A stretch of DNA of 63,186 nucleotides, filler included, from Octopus bimaculoides (lineage: Eukaryota), in the NCBI RefSeq assembly GCF_001194135.2. It is 5 parts of 5 records of this genome, joined end to end, with 100 filler letters (N's around TTAATTAATTAA, not from the genome) between each part and the next. Parts side by side here need not be neighbours in the genome. Positions count along the whole stretch, not along the records: positions 22,050 to 41,043 come from NC_069005.1; 4 more parts are not named here. One strand, written 5' to 3'. The position numbers were made by a program, and so were the translations under genes. The notes below the pieces were generated by a model, which made no database searches, was not told the DNA's origin, and was given only the letters and a program-made list of their open reading frames with translations. Below are positions 26,941 through 38,082 of the stretch, in pieces (within the stretch, counting starts at the first letter, position 1; every line of letters starts with the position of its first letter).

Positions 26941-27794
26941 GTAAGTTGTATATAAATGATATAATACAATATGATATATTGCAGTTTTGTCGTATTCAGG
27001 ATATTTGTTACCGTTTCGATTAATCTCTGACTAAATTTTGACAAATTTCGAACGTGAGCTGTAGAAACAAGGAAAGAAAGAGAGAAAAAAAAATACTTGT
27101 GTTTAGGAAAGTTCCCAGACTTCGATGGGAGATTTATGTTGCGAAACATACTTTACCACCGTTTCGTGTTGTTGAAATCGATGAATGTCTTATTATTATA
27201 AACGGAAAGGAAATCGTAATTATTACAAAAAGAGCCTAAAAAGAATTAAAAAAAAATTAATACGAACCGATATGGAATTGTTAGAGCGCCGAAAAAAATT
27301 CCATTGTGGTGTTTCTTCTATTTCTTTAACGTTCTGGGTTCATTTCTCGCTGATGTCGTTCTCCTTTCCATTCCTCCGGAGTTGATTAAAGCATTAATCA
27401 AATATTGGGATCGTTATAATCGATTAATTCTCTCCTCAAAATTGCTGAACATGTACATATATCCGAAACGTTAGTATTATTAATTATAATCCTTTTCTTC
27501 ACTGTTGGGAAATAAAACGTCTACGGAGGTAACGAAATCTGGACGTAAACAACGACCCTTACATTGATACAAAACAGAAGGGGCCACATGGAAACGACGT
27601 TCACATAACTTACAAAAATAAATCGCTATTTTACATAATCGACTTCTAAGATTAATTAACCTGAGTTAATTATCGTTTCGTGATAAGGGGGATTAAACGG
27701 CAGACTCTCTTCCTAATTCATTGAGCTTTGACCCTTTCTGTAACTTTCACAACTTGGTTCAACCATTTGATCCTCTTTAATTATTTCTGTTGAA

Positions 27795-27991
27795 GGCACC
27801 ACCTTTACCTGTGTGGTAGTTGATTATAATGCAGCTACACCAGTCGTTGGATTGACTCCCTCGTGGACAACCTGATTAACTATATGGTTAACTAGGCCGG
27901 ATTCCACTCTGCCAGATATTTTAAGCATCTCTGGTGATTCCTAATAGGCCGGAAGCTTTCCCTGTCTTCATATCCTTAATTGCTTTATCTT
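27795..27991 (-). mobile_element. RTE-like LINE fragment (start of RT domain) in CHTF18 intron 1
   Basis: DKAIKDMKTGKASG..GI..EMLKISG..LVNHIVNQV...PNDW..IIINY..GKG. Confidence 0.8.
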
Positions 27992-28184
27992 CCAAACTAC
28001 TGCTGACAGGAGCCAGCGAGCAAGAGGATTGCTGCAAGCTCTGCTGTCTGGTTTTTGGCATAGCTTCAACAGTTGAATGCACTTCTTGACGCCAACCATT
28101 TTACAGAGTGACTGGTACCAGCACAGTTAAGGTCACCAAGTGTCTTGCAAGACAAGGCCACCTCAAATTATTTCAAACACCATC

Positions 28185-28680
28185 TTAATCCTTTAGCATC
28201 TAAATTGACCATATCTGGCCCAAATATGCTGCCTGTTTTAAGTTCAAACCGACCAAGTCTAGCCTCTCACACCTACCCTACAATGTCATTCTAAATACAG
28301 ACAATAACATCATCAAAATCCCCAAAGCTATGAGACAATGCATGACGAATTCAAAACAATGTGAATAAATAAGCTTTATTTTTAGCTGAGCAATTTCAAC
28401 ACGAAACGGTTAATAACGACAAAATCACTTTACTAAATTCTTGGCTATTTTCAAAATTCCTTAAAACATAAGCAGTATATTTCAATGGAAATATGGTAAC
28501 AAAAGGGTTAAAGTGATCTAAATTAAAATCTTCCATCAAAGATTTTGTGTTAATTTATGTTCCAAACGTCATCTTAATAATAACAAAGTTGTGTTAATAA
28601 ATTCTTCATTATTTTCTAAATTAATTGAAATAAAAGTAGTCTATATCAGCAGAAATCTAGCAACGTAAGGATCAATCCTT
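28185..28680. mobile_element. Cluster of TTAA-associated (piggyBac-type) MITE remnants in CHTF18 intron 1
   Basis: TTAA-tcctttagcat start and aaaggg-TTAA end (28508-28511); homologous to 33430-33653, which ends ctaaaggg-TTAA. Confidence 0.55.
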
Positions 28681-28849
28681 TTCTTACCAAATTTCTTTGA
28701 TTCCATTCATAGCAAACCTCTTCTACGAAATTTAGCTTTGTTCTTGCATGAAAAAAACCTGTTGAAACATGGAAGAATGACTTTATCTGATTGTTGAAAT
28801 AATGTACAGAATTAGTCTTTGGTTCTTCATGTTTTGTTATATCTTTCAG

Positions 28850-29146
28850 TTCCAGAAATAACAGCCCCTGCTTCCAGGCGTTTCTTAAACTTCAATTCTG
28901 GTGATACACAGAAAAATAAAGAAATTCCTCCAGACAAAGCTTTGAATTTGAGTTCTGAGTTTACCGAAATTGATCCTTTGTCTCCAGATACGATAATTAA
29001 CGAGCAGCTAAGGAATGGTCAATCAAAGCGTGTGCTGGAATTTCCATCAGAGGATGAGATGGAAGAGATTTTGGCTTCTGGTGCTGAGCAGTCTGAAAAT
29101 GGTAAACATTGTGATATCAATGGTAAAGCAACTTCACCAAATAACG
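28850..29146 (+). CDS. CHTF18: CHTF18 coding exon 2 (VPEITAP...ATSPNN), low-complexity N-terminal region
   Basis: tttcag acceptor, open frame, GTAAGT donor; phase 1 in and out, matching exons 1 and 3. Confidence 0.8.
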
Positions 29147-30419
29147 GTAAGTTTTAATTTAAATTTCATTTAATATCAGTGTGCAGGAACGACGTGGCAC
29201 AGAGTAAAGCGGGATGTGAAAGGAATTAGAGGTGGCATTGTTCTGGTCATGTGACATGTATTGGTAATGACACTGATGTGCAAAGAAATATCAGAAGTTC
29301 CATGGGGACAAAATGAATAAATAAGTTCCATGGGGACAAAATGAATAAATAAAGCGGTCGCTATGATCTTTTTCAAGGTGTCACCCTGGCAGCAGTGAAG
29401 GCTCACAATCATGAGGTAGTGAGTTCGATTCCCGGACCAGGTTGTGTTCTTGAGCAAGATATTTTATTTTCACGTTGCTCCAGTTCACTCAGTTGTAGAA
29501 ATGAGTTGTGACGTCACTGGTGGCAAGCTGTATCGACCCCTTTGCCTTTCCCTAGGACAACATCAGTGGCATGGAGAGGAGGGGAGGGGAGGCTGGTTAT
29601 GAATGGGCGACTGAGGGTCTTCCGTAAACAACCTTGTTAGGACTTAGAGGGGGAACTTTCTAGGTGCAATCCCATGGTCATTTATGACGGAAGGGTGTCT
29701 TTACCCTTTACCCTAGCTTGACCGTAGTCCAGTGACCTAGAAATAAAAGAATATGCATATTTCTATTCACCCCCTGAGGTGCAGAATAATACGTTTGTGA
29801 AGGGAGATAACTTTGCTGATCAAAGAGTTATTTCCCTTGATAGTTGTGTGTTTTGCTTTAATTATTCTTGAATCTTAAGGTTTTATTCGAAGCGACATCG
29901 TTCCTCCATCTCGGTATTGGTTAATTCTTAGAACTCGCTGCTGGCTGTCCTGTCCACTGTTACAAACATTGACCATGCACCACCGTCCTGCGTATTAACT
30001 ACTGCCGCGCCAATGAAATACGGACCGAATTCTTTAAAATCACACCCTGCTTCTCTTCAAGGTTCGACCGTGTGTATATGCGTCTGTAACTTAGCAGTTC
30101 AACAAAAGAGACCGATAGAATAAGTAGCAGGCGTAAAGGAAAAGTGCTGGGGTCAATTCATTTGACCAACAAAAATTCTTCAAGTACTCCAGCATGGCCT
30201 CAATCTAATGACAAACAAATAAAAGATAAACTAAAAGATCTTCCAGAAGCCTAGTTGTCTTAGACCAATCTAATATGTTCCTGTATATCCCTTAACAAAT
30301 GGGATGGCCATGGATAGAACGCCTTTGATCATAGGTCTGCTCCTTCAACAGTACAGTTTTGTTTTTACATTTTTATTTTCATTTTTTTTTTAGTATTTTG
30401 TCTTTCTTCCTATTTGTAG

Positions 30420-30590
30420 CTGTTCCTTCTGCTAAAAGACAGAAACTGATGCCAGGCACAACGTCTGGAAACTTCGATGTGGAACCAACGATTTGGCACG
30501 ATGTTCTTGATGACGACTTTTGCACGGAAACAGAAGCTTTACGACAAAAGACGAGGAATTCTCAGGAATATCAGCAAACACAAAGTCAAG
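30420..30590 (+). CDS. CHTF18: CHTF18 coding exon 3 (AVPSAKRQKL...QTQSQ)
   Basis: ttgtag acceptor after a pyrimidine tract, GTAAAC donor, phase 1/1. Confidence 0.8.
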
Positions 30591-30639
30591 GTAAACTGCT
30601 CTTACCTGTTTGCAATATAAACAACATCATCATCATCGC

Positions 30640-31014
30640 TGTTTTAACATTCATAGCACGATTTGAGCATGATCATTACCAGCGTCGCCTTCCTGGCTCT
30701 TGTGCCGGTGGCACGTGAAAAGACATTCGAGCAAGATCATTGCCAGTGCCGCTGGACTGACTCCTGTGCAGGTGGCACATAAAATACACCACTTTGAGCG
30801 TGGCCGTTGCCAGCACCACCTGACTGGCCCTCGTGCCGGTGGCACGTAAAAGCACCCACTACACTCTCGGAGTGGTTGGCGTTAGGAAGGGCACCCAGCT
30901 GTAGAAACTCTGCCAAATCAGATTGGAGCCTGGTGTAACCTTCTGGTTCACCAGTCCTCAGTCAAATCGTCCAACCCATGCTAGCATGGAAAGCGGACGT
31001 TAAACGATGATGAT
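30640..31014 (+). mobile_element. Family C short retro-element or LINE 3' end with (GAT)n tail
   Basis: Ends gaaagcggacgttaaacgatgatgat; internal ~62-bp repeats; reverse copies near 22803-23160, 36985-37230, 38089-38400, 39480-39790, 41005-41043. Confidence 0.78.
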
Positions 31015-31885
31015 CTTCCATGCTTACTTGATGTATTATGGGTGAGGTGGGGTTGCCTTATAACAGTGTGTCGCTGCATGCACTGCTTATTGATGGTTCC
31101 CTTCTACTCCTGATGGACAACACCTTTGCACTGCGCAGGTGACAATCCTCCAACCCAAAGGTCTGTTTTTTGGGGTAGTCTTTGCTGGTGAGGGTTTTAA
31201 TGAGGTCAGAATGAAAATTCTACCTCAACCTCTTTTAGTCATCTTTTAGGACACAGAGAGGAAACATTGGGTCTATTCTTTGATGTTCTTGTCCCCACAC
31301 AGCACTAGAGCGACGTGAAATGAAGAAGTGTTTTGCTCAAGAACACAACAGGCTACCCAGTCCAGGAATCGAACCGACAATCTGGCTGTTGTGAGTGCAA
31401 CATCCTAACACCACATTTGCACGGATTAGATGGAATTTATTGAAGCAGATTTTCTGTGGTTGGTGTTTGTATATGGATGCTTGCTTATGGCTATTATGCA
31501 ATGTCAAGACATGGACACACACGCACACATATATATAATACACTCATATATACTTACACACATTCCACTCATTCATACACACACACATACATGATAGGTT
31601 TTCATCTACCGAATCTACTCACAAATCTTTGGTCAATCCAGGGGTTATAGTAGAAGATACTTGCTCAAGGTGCCATGCAGTGTTTATCTTTGTGGCCTTT
31701 GGCTAGAAAGACAACAACTATTTAGGAAAATGAAGAGAAATATAAACAAACAACAACCGGTGAATGTTATTTGTGGGCTTCATTTGTTCTGACTTTTCTG
31801 AAATCTTAATAAGATTGGTTTCAATACTCAAAATTCTTGTGAAATAAATTCAAAGATCTTTGAGTCAGTTTTTTTGTTTTTACAG

Positions 31886-32010
31886 ATGCCAAGAAACAGA
31901 GGCAGCGTGTCAGCTTCTCCATTCCGAAGACCAATTTCTTCAGTGTCACATCTTCCGATGGCACTCGAGCTTACATGAGGATGAGGAGCTGCGAGACTCT
32001 TGAAGCAGAG
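31886..32010 (+). CDS. CHTF18: CHTF18 coding exon 4 (DAKKQRQRVSF...SVTSSDGTRAYMRMRSCETLEAE)
   Basis: ttacag acceptor, GTAAGA donor; VTSSDGTRAYM matches the conserved Ctf18 VTxxxGxRxY block. Confidence 0.88.
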
Positions 32011-32446
32011 GTAAGACACAGGTGTGGAAGGAGAGGAATCCTCATCTCGTTCATGTTTCATTTTGGCCCAGTGATGCATTCTGGGTGTGACAACTGGAGA
32101 GAGAGCAAGCGAGAGAGAGCCAGAGGGAGAGAGAGCAAGAGAGGATAAATGAGAGAGAGAGAGAGGACAGGAGAGAGAGAGAGAGAGCAAGAGGACAAGA
32201 GAGAGAGAGCTGCTCTACCACCACTCGGCTGATATTCATTTACAGTTGAGTAAATGAGTCAACTGGAGCAATGTGAAATGAAGTACCTTGCTCAAGGACA
32301 CAATACATTATCCTGTCTGGGTATTGAACCCACGACATTATAGTCGTGAGCCAAACACACTAACCAATTGGCTATGGGCCTCTAAGGACTAAACCACCAC
32401 CACCACCACAACAACAATAAATGGTAACTTTTAATTTCTTTCACAG

Positions 32447-32530
32447 GCTACAAGAGTTATCAACACCAAGAATTCTCTGCAACTCCTTGATGAACCATTC
32501 TCACGACTGATGGAGAAAATTAATCTGGAG
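32447..32530 (+). CDS. CHTF18: CHTF18 coding exon 5 (ATRVINTKNSLQLLDEPFSRLMEKINLE)
   Basis: tcacag acceptor, GTAAGT donor, phase 0/0. Confidence 0.85.
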
Positions 32531-32696
32531 GTAAGTCCTGTCTAATTTACGTGGCCACTGATGGCTCGGTGAATATTTCGGTGCTATCATAGCGGAATTA
32601 GGACATCTACCAAGTGGGGGAATATTGGGGTCTCAGGAGGCTAATGTGGGGTGGGGCATTGTGTCTATCTACCTGTCTATATATCTGTCTGTCTGT

Positions 32697-33200
32697 CCAT
32701 CAACATACCTGCCTGCTTATATCTCTCTACCTGTCAGTTTATATACTTACCTGCCTATTTACCTAGCTGTCTGTCTGCCCATCCTGCCATTTACATACAT
32801 ACCTATTCACACCTCTCTACCTGTCTTTCTATATACCTTTCTACCTATCTGTATATTTGTCCATCCAGCCACCTTGATACCTGTCTGTCTATATGCAGTA
32901 CCTACCTACCTCTCTATTTATTTGTCTGTTTGGCCATCCGTCCATCAACATACCTGCCTACTTATATCTCTCTACCTGTCAGTTTATATACTTACCTACA
33001 TATCTACCTAGCTGTCTGTCTGCCCATCTGGCCATTTAGATACATACCTGTTTACATTTCTCTACCTGTCTTTCTATATCCCTCTCTGTCTGTCTATATA
33101 CAGTACCTACCTACCTGTCTATTTATTTGTCTGTCTGCCCATCCATCCATCTACATACCTACCTGCCTATATCTCTTTACCTGTCTATCTATCTATTTCC
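32697..33200 (+). repeat. Tandem duplication (period ~245 nt) of a degenerate CTAC/CTGT/ATCT-rich unit in CHTF18 intron 5
   Basis: ccatcaacatacctgcct.cttatatctctctacctgtcagtttatatacttacct recurs at 32697 and 32942. Confidence 0.8.
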
Positions 33201-33268
33201 ACCTGTGTGTATTTGAGACCATTCCTAATTCTTGAACCTGATCTTATTTTTTTCCCTTCTCTTTCCAG

Positions 33269-33315
33269 AAAGCCATCAAAATTTCAGAAGAAATCAATAA
33301 TCTAGACTCAGCTAC
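33269..33315 (+). CDS. CHTF18: CHTF18 coding exon 6 (KAIKISEEINNLDSA)
   Basis: ttccag acceptor, GTAAGT donor; phase 0/2 bridges exons 5 and 7. Confidence 0.8.
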
Positions 33316-33429
33316 GTAAGTTTTACCATTTCCTTCACACCCTTCAGTGCACTTTAAATCATACCCCTAAGTATAATTTTAACCACACCCTTAAAAAACT
33401 GAATACACTTCTAAGCCCAATTTTTACTC

Positions 33430-33653
33430 ACCTTTATTTATACCGGCCATATCCAACTAAAATATTGAACCATTTTTATGTACAATGTAGCCATATCTGG
33501 CCTCTCACGCTAACCCTACAATATCATTCTAAAAATTAGCAGTTACCTCATGAAAATCTCAAAGCTATCAGATAATGCATGATTAATTCAAAACAAGGTG
33601 AATAAAAAAGCGTTACATTTGACTCAGAATTATGTGTGTTCTAAAGGGTTAAG
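33430..33653. mobile_element. piggyBac-type MITE remnant in CHTF18 intron 6
   Basis: Shares gcctctcac..accctacaat.tcattcta...aaagctat.aga.aatgcatga..aattcaaaacaa.gtgaataaa with 28190-28380; ends AAAGGG-TTAA. Confidence 0.55.
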
Positions 33654-33866
33654 TTCATCTTAATCACTTCTCTAATTGCATTACCCTAACCACATCCTTA
33701 ATTATGCTCTAACTGTGCCATAACCAGGATGTAGGAGAGGCTGAATGTGGCTGGTTTGAACGTAAAACAGGGAGAATATTTTGGCTGGATATGGCCAGTT
33801 TAGATGCTAAGGGGTCAGTGACACCTGGGAATTCAGATGTCTCTTATGTTTGTTGTTGTGTTGTAG

Positions 33867-34059
33867 GGAAGGTGGTTCAGTCGGCAGTGGACAGACACAT
33901 ACAGATGCAGAGGGTGTCTCTGGGGAAGAAATGGAAGCACAATCAGTACGTGTGGATGACATCCACAATGAAGAGCGACCAACAACAGGAGGGAACGAAG
34001 ACAATTTGTGGGTGGACAAATATGCCCCAAGGTCTTACGCAGAGCTGCTCAGTGAAGAG
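33867..34059 (+). CDS. CHTF18: CHTF18 coding exon 7 (...LWVDKYAPRSYAELLSEE, RFC box II)
   Basis: ttgtag acceptor, GTAAGT donor; LWVDKYAP is the RFC box II motif. Confidence 0.95.
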
Positions 34060-34272
34060 GTAAGTTCTCAGGTTCAATCCCGGCTTCCATCAAGTTTTTT
34101 TTTTTAGTATTAGGGAGTAACCTGGCTGGCGGAGAGTGATTTTGTTGTTGTATGGGATGGAGTATAACAAGAGTTTGCAAAGTTATGACAAAGGCTTGCT
34201 AAGTTATGACAAGGGTTTCCATTGCTGTTTATGAGTCCAAGAGGGTGACTTTCTCGATTCCTCTTCTTACAG

Positions 34273-34449
34273 AATATCAACCGTTCCTTGTTGCATTGGT
34301 TGAAATTATGGGACCATGTTGTGTTTAACAGACCAATCAAAATGAACCACAAGAAGGCTGATGTTAAGACAAATGTCCACTTTAACAAGAAGAAACAACA
34401 GCAAATGGTCAGCGAAGAATTGGACAAACAGAATCGTCCACTTCAGAAG
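34273..34449 (+). CDS. CHTF18: CHTF18 coding exon 8 (NINRSLLHWLKLWDHVVF...RPLQK)
   Basis: ttacag acceptor, GTAAAC donor; NRxLLxWLKxWD is characteristic of Ctf18. Confidence 0.95.
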
Positions 34450-34722
34450 GTAAACAACTTCACATTTGATCTTGTTTTTCTTTTTCTTTTTTTTTTAAAA
34501 TTGAATATTTTTTATTTTATGTTTGTCATTGTTTAGTAAAGTTTACAACTTTGACCTTGCTTCTCTATCGTCATTGTCATCATCGTCATGATCACCGTCA
34601 TCATTATGATGATAATCATCATTGTCATCTTCATCATCGTCATCAAATTCATTATCATAACCATCACCATCATCATCTTGACATTCATCTCCCTTTTCTT
34701 TTTCATTTGTTTTTTTTTCTAG

Positions 34723-34820
34723 ATTGTTTTGTTAAATGGTGCCCCTGGTCTGGGCAAGACGACATTGGCCCACGTCATTGCTAAACATGCAGGCTACAAT
34801 GTAGTGGAGATGAATGCCAG
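34723..34820 (+). CDS. CHTF18: CHTF18 coding exon 9 (Walker A: IVLLNGAPGLGKTTLAHVIAKHAGYNVVEMNA)
   Basis: ttctag acceptor, GTAAGG donor; P-loop GxxGxGKT followed by the RFC ExNAS box. Confidence 0.97.
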
Positions 34821-35197
34821 GTAAGGGCAACAGTAATAACCCTTTCTATTATAGGCACAAGGGATGAAATTTGTGGGGAGGGAACTAGTCAATTACATCG
34901 ACCCCTGTACTCCACTGGTACTTAATTTATCAACCCCCAAAAAGATGAAAGGAACATTTGTAAAGATTATGTAGTGTTATCTAAAGATTATAAAGGATTA
35001 ATGCAGGGGTGAGGATTACAAATGGTGCCCAAATTGTGGGTGGATGGGTAGGGAGCTGCAAGAAGGGAGCAATTACGAGAGAGTAATGGTGGGCATCTCC
35101 GGAAATAATTAAATATCCACTTACCTTTCTCCCGTTGCCTTTATTCTTTGATTGCTTCTGGAAATTTCTAAAGAAACCATTCTTTTGTCTCTTGTAG

Positions 35198-35321
35198 TGA
35201 CGACCGCAGTGAAGAAGTGGTGAAGACAAAGATAGAATCTGCGATTTTGATGAAATCTGTGGTTGAAAGTGACCCGCGGCCCAATTGTCTTATCATTGAT
35301 GAAATAGACGGAGCCCCACAG
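35198..35321 (+). CDS. CHTF18: CHTF18 coding exon 10 (SDDRS...PNCLIIDEIDGAPQ, Walker B)
   Basis: ttgtag acceptor, GTACGT donor; NASDDR completed across the splice; Walker B CLIIDEIDG. Confidence 0.97.
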
Positions 35322-35445
35322 GTACGTTAGTCCATGTTGGGTGGAGCTGATGTGTTGGTTAGTTAGAATGGCTCTGTGGTAAGAAGCTTGATTCCCAACC
35401 ACATAGTTCCAGGTTCAGTCCCACTGTGTGGCACTTTGGACAAGT

Positions 35446-35892
35446 CATGTCATGATATTTGAGTTTCCTTTGATCTTTGCCTTCAAAACATCTTCATCCA
35501 ACTTTGAAGGTCTTCCACTGTCATCTTCCAAGCTAAACTCTCCAGCTTTGAATTTTGCAAACCATCTTCGAACAGTTGATTCCCCTACAGCATCATCATC
35601 ATCACCATAATCTTCACAAATGTTGTTGCAAGTCTTTGCAGCATTTTCTCCTTTTTTTAAAAAAAGAAAAGCATTAAAATGTGAATATGAAATTTTTGGT
35701 TCTCCATTTCAAATGTCAATAAATGGTAACAAGAATGAAAGACAAATCTAATTTTAGTCAGGAACAAAGAAGAGATGCACCTCCACTTCAAGCAATGCAA
35801 AAGTTTTAACTGTGTTACGTTTCAGGTGTGTTCAATGAAGCATTAAAAGATTTAGCTTAAAAACGCTCAGAACTTTCTGGGCAACCTAAGAT
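35446..35892 (-). mobile_element. 5' fragment of a mariner element in CHTF18 intron 10
   Basis: MENQKFH...GENAAKTCNNICEDYG..AVGESTVRRWFAKFKAGEFSLED.SGRPSKLDED (mariner HTH) at 35707-35450; terminal-repeat-like aactttctgggcaacctaa near 35871-35889. Confidence 0.85.
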
Positions 35893-35954
35893 ATTCTTCA
35901 CCTCACTTTTACTCCAAACTAGACACTATATTTCTCTCTCTCTTTCATTTCCAG

Positions 35955-36058
35955 GCAGCCATCAATGTCCTCCTGCAATTGGCCAAAGAAGGACAAACAG
36001 GAAAAAAGAAAGAAAAAGGATTGTTGCTTCGACCAATCATTTGTATTTGTAATGACAT
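35955..36058 (+). CDS. CHTF18: CHTF18 coding exon 11 (AAINVLL...LLRPIICICND, sensor 1)
   Basis: ttccag acceptor, GTGAGT donor; RPIICICND motif. Confidence 0.96.
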
Positions 36059-36347
36059 GTGAGTTCTAACTCTTGTATCTTCTCCATCTGTGAAGATCTT
36101 GGTTCTTCTTTCTGTGCCGTTCTTTGAATATCTGTTCTTCCTTCTGTTAAGATCTAAACTTAATTTTCAACATCCTGTTGAACAATGTCTAAGTCTACTC
36201 AATCAGAGCTGATTTATGACTAAACAATAATGACTAAAGACTTAAGAGTACTTCTAGCATTGATTAAAAACAAATGAGTATCTCACATGTTTAAGGTGTT
36301 TAGGGATTATTTCCCTAAAATTTTTGATGTTAAGCCATTAGTATTAC

Positions 36348-36713
36348 CCTTTACTTGTTTCAGTCACTAGACTGTGGCCATGCTGGGGCACCACCTTGAA
36401 GGGTTTTAATCGAATGAATTGACCCCAGTACTTGTGTCTTCTTTTAAAGCCTTAATCGATTTGTCTTTTTGTCAAACTGCAAAGTTGGAGGGATGTAAGC
36501 AAACCAACACTGGTTGTCAAGCCGTGGTAGGTAACAAGCACAAAGTCAAATCACACACACACACACACACAACAGGCTTCTTTCAGTTTCCGTCTACCAA
36601 ATCCAGTCACAAGGCTTTGGTCAGCCTGAGGCTTTAATAGAAGACACTTGGCTAAGGTACTATGCAGTGGGACTGAACCCAGAACCATGTGGTTGGGAAG
36701 CAAGCTTCTTACC
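36348..36713 (-). mobile_element. SINE family A copy in CHTF18 intron 11
   Basis: Reverse complement of the family A tail, (CA)n and head. Confidence 0.82.
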
Positions 36714-36857
36714 TGTTGAAAATAATCCTTTTTCGTTATAGGCACAAGGCCTGAAATTTTATGGGGAAGGGGCTAGGTTGATTACATTGATCCCAGTTAC
36801 TCTAAGAATATTTTTGTTGTTGTTTTCTAAAGTCAATCTATCTTCTGTCATACCCAG

Positions 36858-36951
36858 GTATGTGCCATCGCTCCGACAGCTGCGACCAGTCGCCCTCATC
36901 TTCACCTTTCCTCCTACAGACTCCTCTAGGTTGGCAGGACGACTTTATCAG
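36858..36951 (+). CDS. CHTF18: CHTF18 coding exon 12 (MYVPSLRQLRPVAL...RLAGRLYQ)
   Basis: acccag acceptor, GTTCGT donor; YxPxLRxLR motif; phase 2/0. Confidence 0.93.
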
Positions 36952-37565
36952 GTTCGTCTCTCTCTTTCTCTCTCTCACACACCATCATCATCATCATCAT
37001 TGTTTTATTGTTTTCATGTCCTATTTTCATGCTCGTATGGGTTGGACAGAATTTGTTGAGGTGAATTTTCTACAGCCGGATGCCCTTCCTGTGACCAACC
37101 CTCACCTGTTTCCAAGCAACGTAAATATTTCCCCTCCTTGGCCAGACATGCATCCATAGAATATTGGAAACAAACGACACCGCTTGTATGACAGTGACAT
37201 TCATTTACAACTGTCACATGAAGTAAAGGCCAGGAGACAGTAACACACACATATATATCTATCTGTCTGTTCCTCTGTCTGTCTGTCTCTCTCTCTTTCT
37301 CTCTCTCTTGCCCATTCACCCATGCCTCCCATCTTTGAATGAAATTTAAGGATGGAAGCAGACTTCTTACCTACACTCCAATTTTGCTTGTACCTGTCCC
37401 CCCCCCCCTGGTGCTGGAACAACACCCTTTGACATTTGGTTTAAATCTTTGAGACGGAAGCAGGCATTGGTCTGTGGAAGCATCTGATTTCCTCTTGCAC
37501 GCATATCATGATACCGTTTCCAATCGCATGTTCCTTACGATGGTCGATGTTTCTTTTGGTTTTAG

Positions 37566-37664
37566 GTTTCAAGATGGGAAACATTGAAAGCCGAAATGAA
37601 TGCGTTAATGGCGCTCTGTGAGAAGACCAGCAACGATATTCGGTCTTGTCTGAATACTTTGCAG
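37566..37664 (+). CDS. CHTF18: CHTF18 coding exon 13 (...LCEKTSNDIRSCLNTLQ, sensor 2)
   Basis: ttttag acceptor, GTGAGT donor; DIRSCLNTLQ is the RFC box VIII motif. Confidence 0.96.
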
Positions 37665-37898
37665 GTGAGTGAGTGTTGTATTGGGGAAGAACTGTCTCCA
37701 TTCAGTCTTCTTCATCGTTTTTATGTCTGCTTTTCTTTGCTGGCATGGATCGGATGGAGTTCAACTTTGTTTTGTTTCCTCATCAAAGAAAGTTGGAAGT
37801 GAAAAACATCTTGTACGATGGCCCACCACCCCCATCTCACAAACTCCTGGTCACTGTGCCTCCCCACTGCCAACCATTATCTCTGTCTTTATTTCCAG

Positions 37899-38026
37899 TT
37901 TGTGCAACGCCAGAAGCAAGAATTCAATCTACGTCTGGTCAATAGTATGCACATTGGCCAGAAAGACGTCCAACGCAGCTTATTCAGTGTCTGGTATGAC
38001 GTCTTCAGGATGCCACGGCTCAAGAA
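37899..38026 (+). CDS. CHTF18: CHTF18 coding exon 14 (FVQRQKQE...IGQKDVQRSLFSVWYDVFRMPRLK)
   Basis: ttccag acceptor, GTAAGT donor; GxKD..SLFxVW..F block. Confidence 0.94.
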
Positions 38027-38039
38027 GTAAGTACACACA

Positions 38040-38082
<43 letters not shown>

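Noticed and set aside
34551-34700. His-rich ORF overlapping CHTF18
   Set aside because: Degenerate (CAT)n tract inside intron 8; exons 8 and 9 splice in frame without it.
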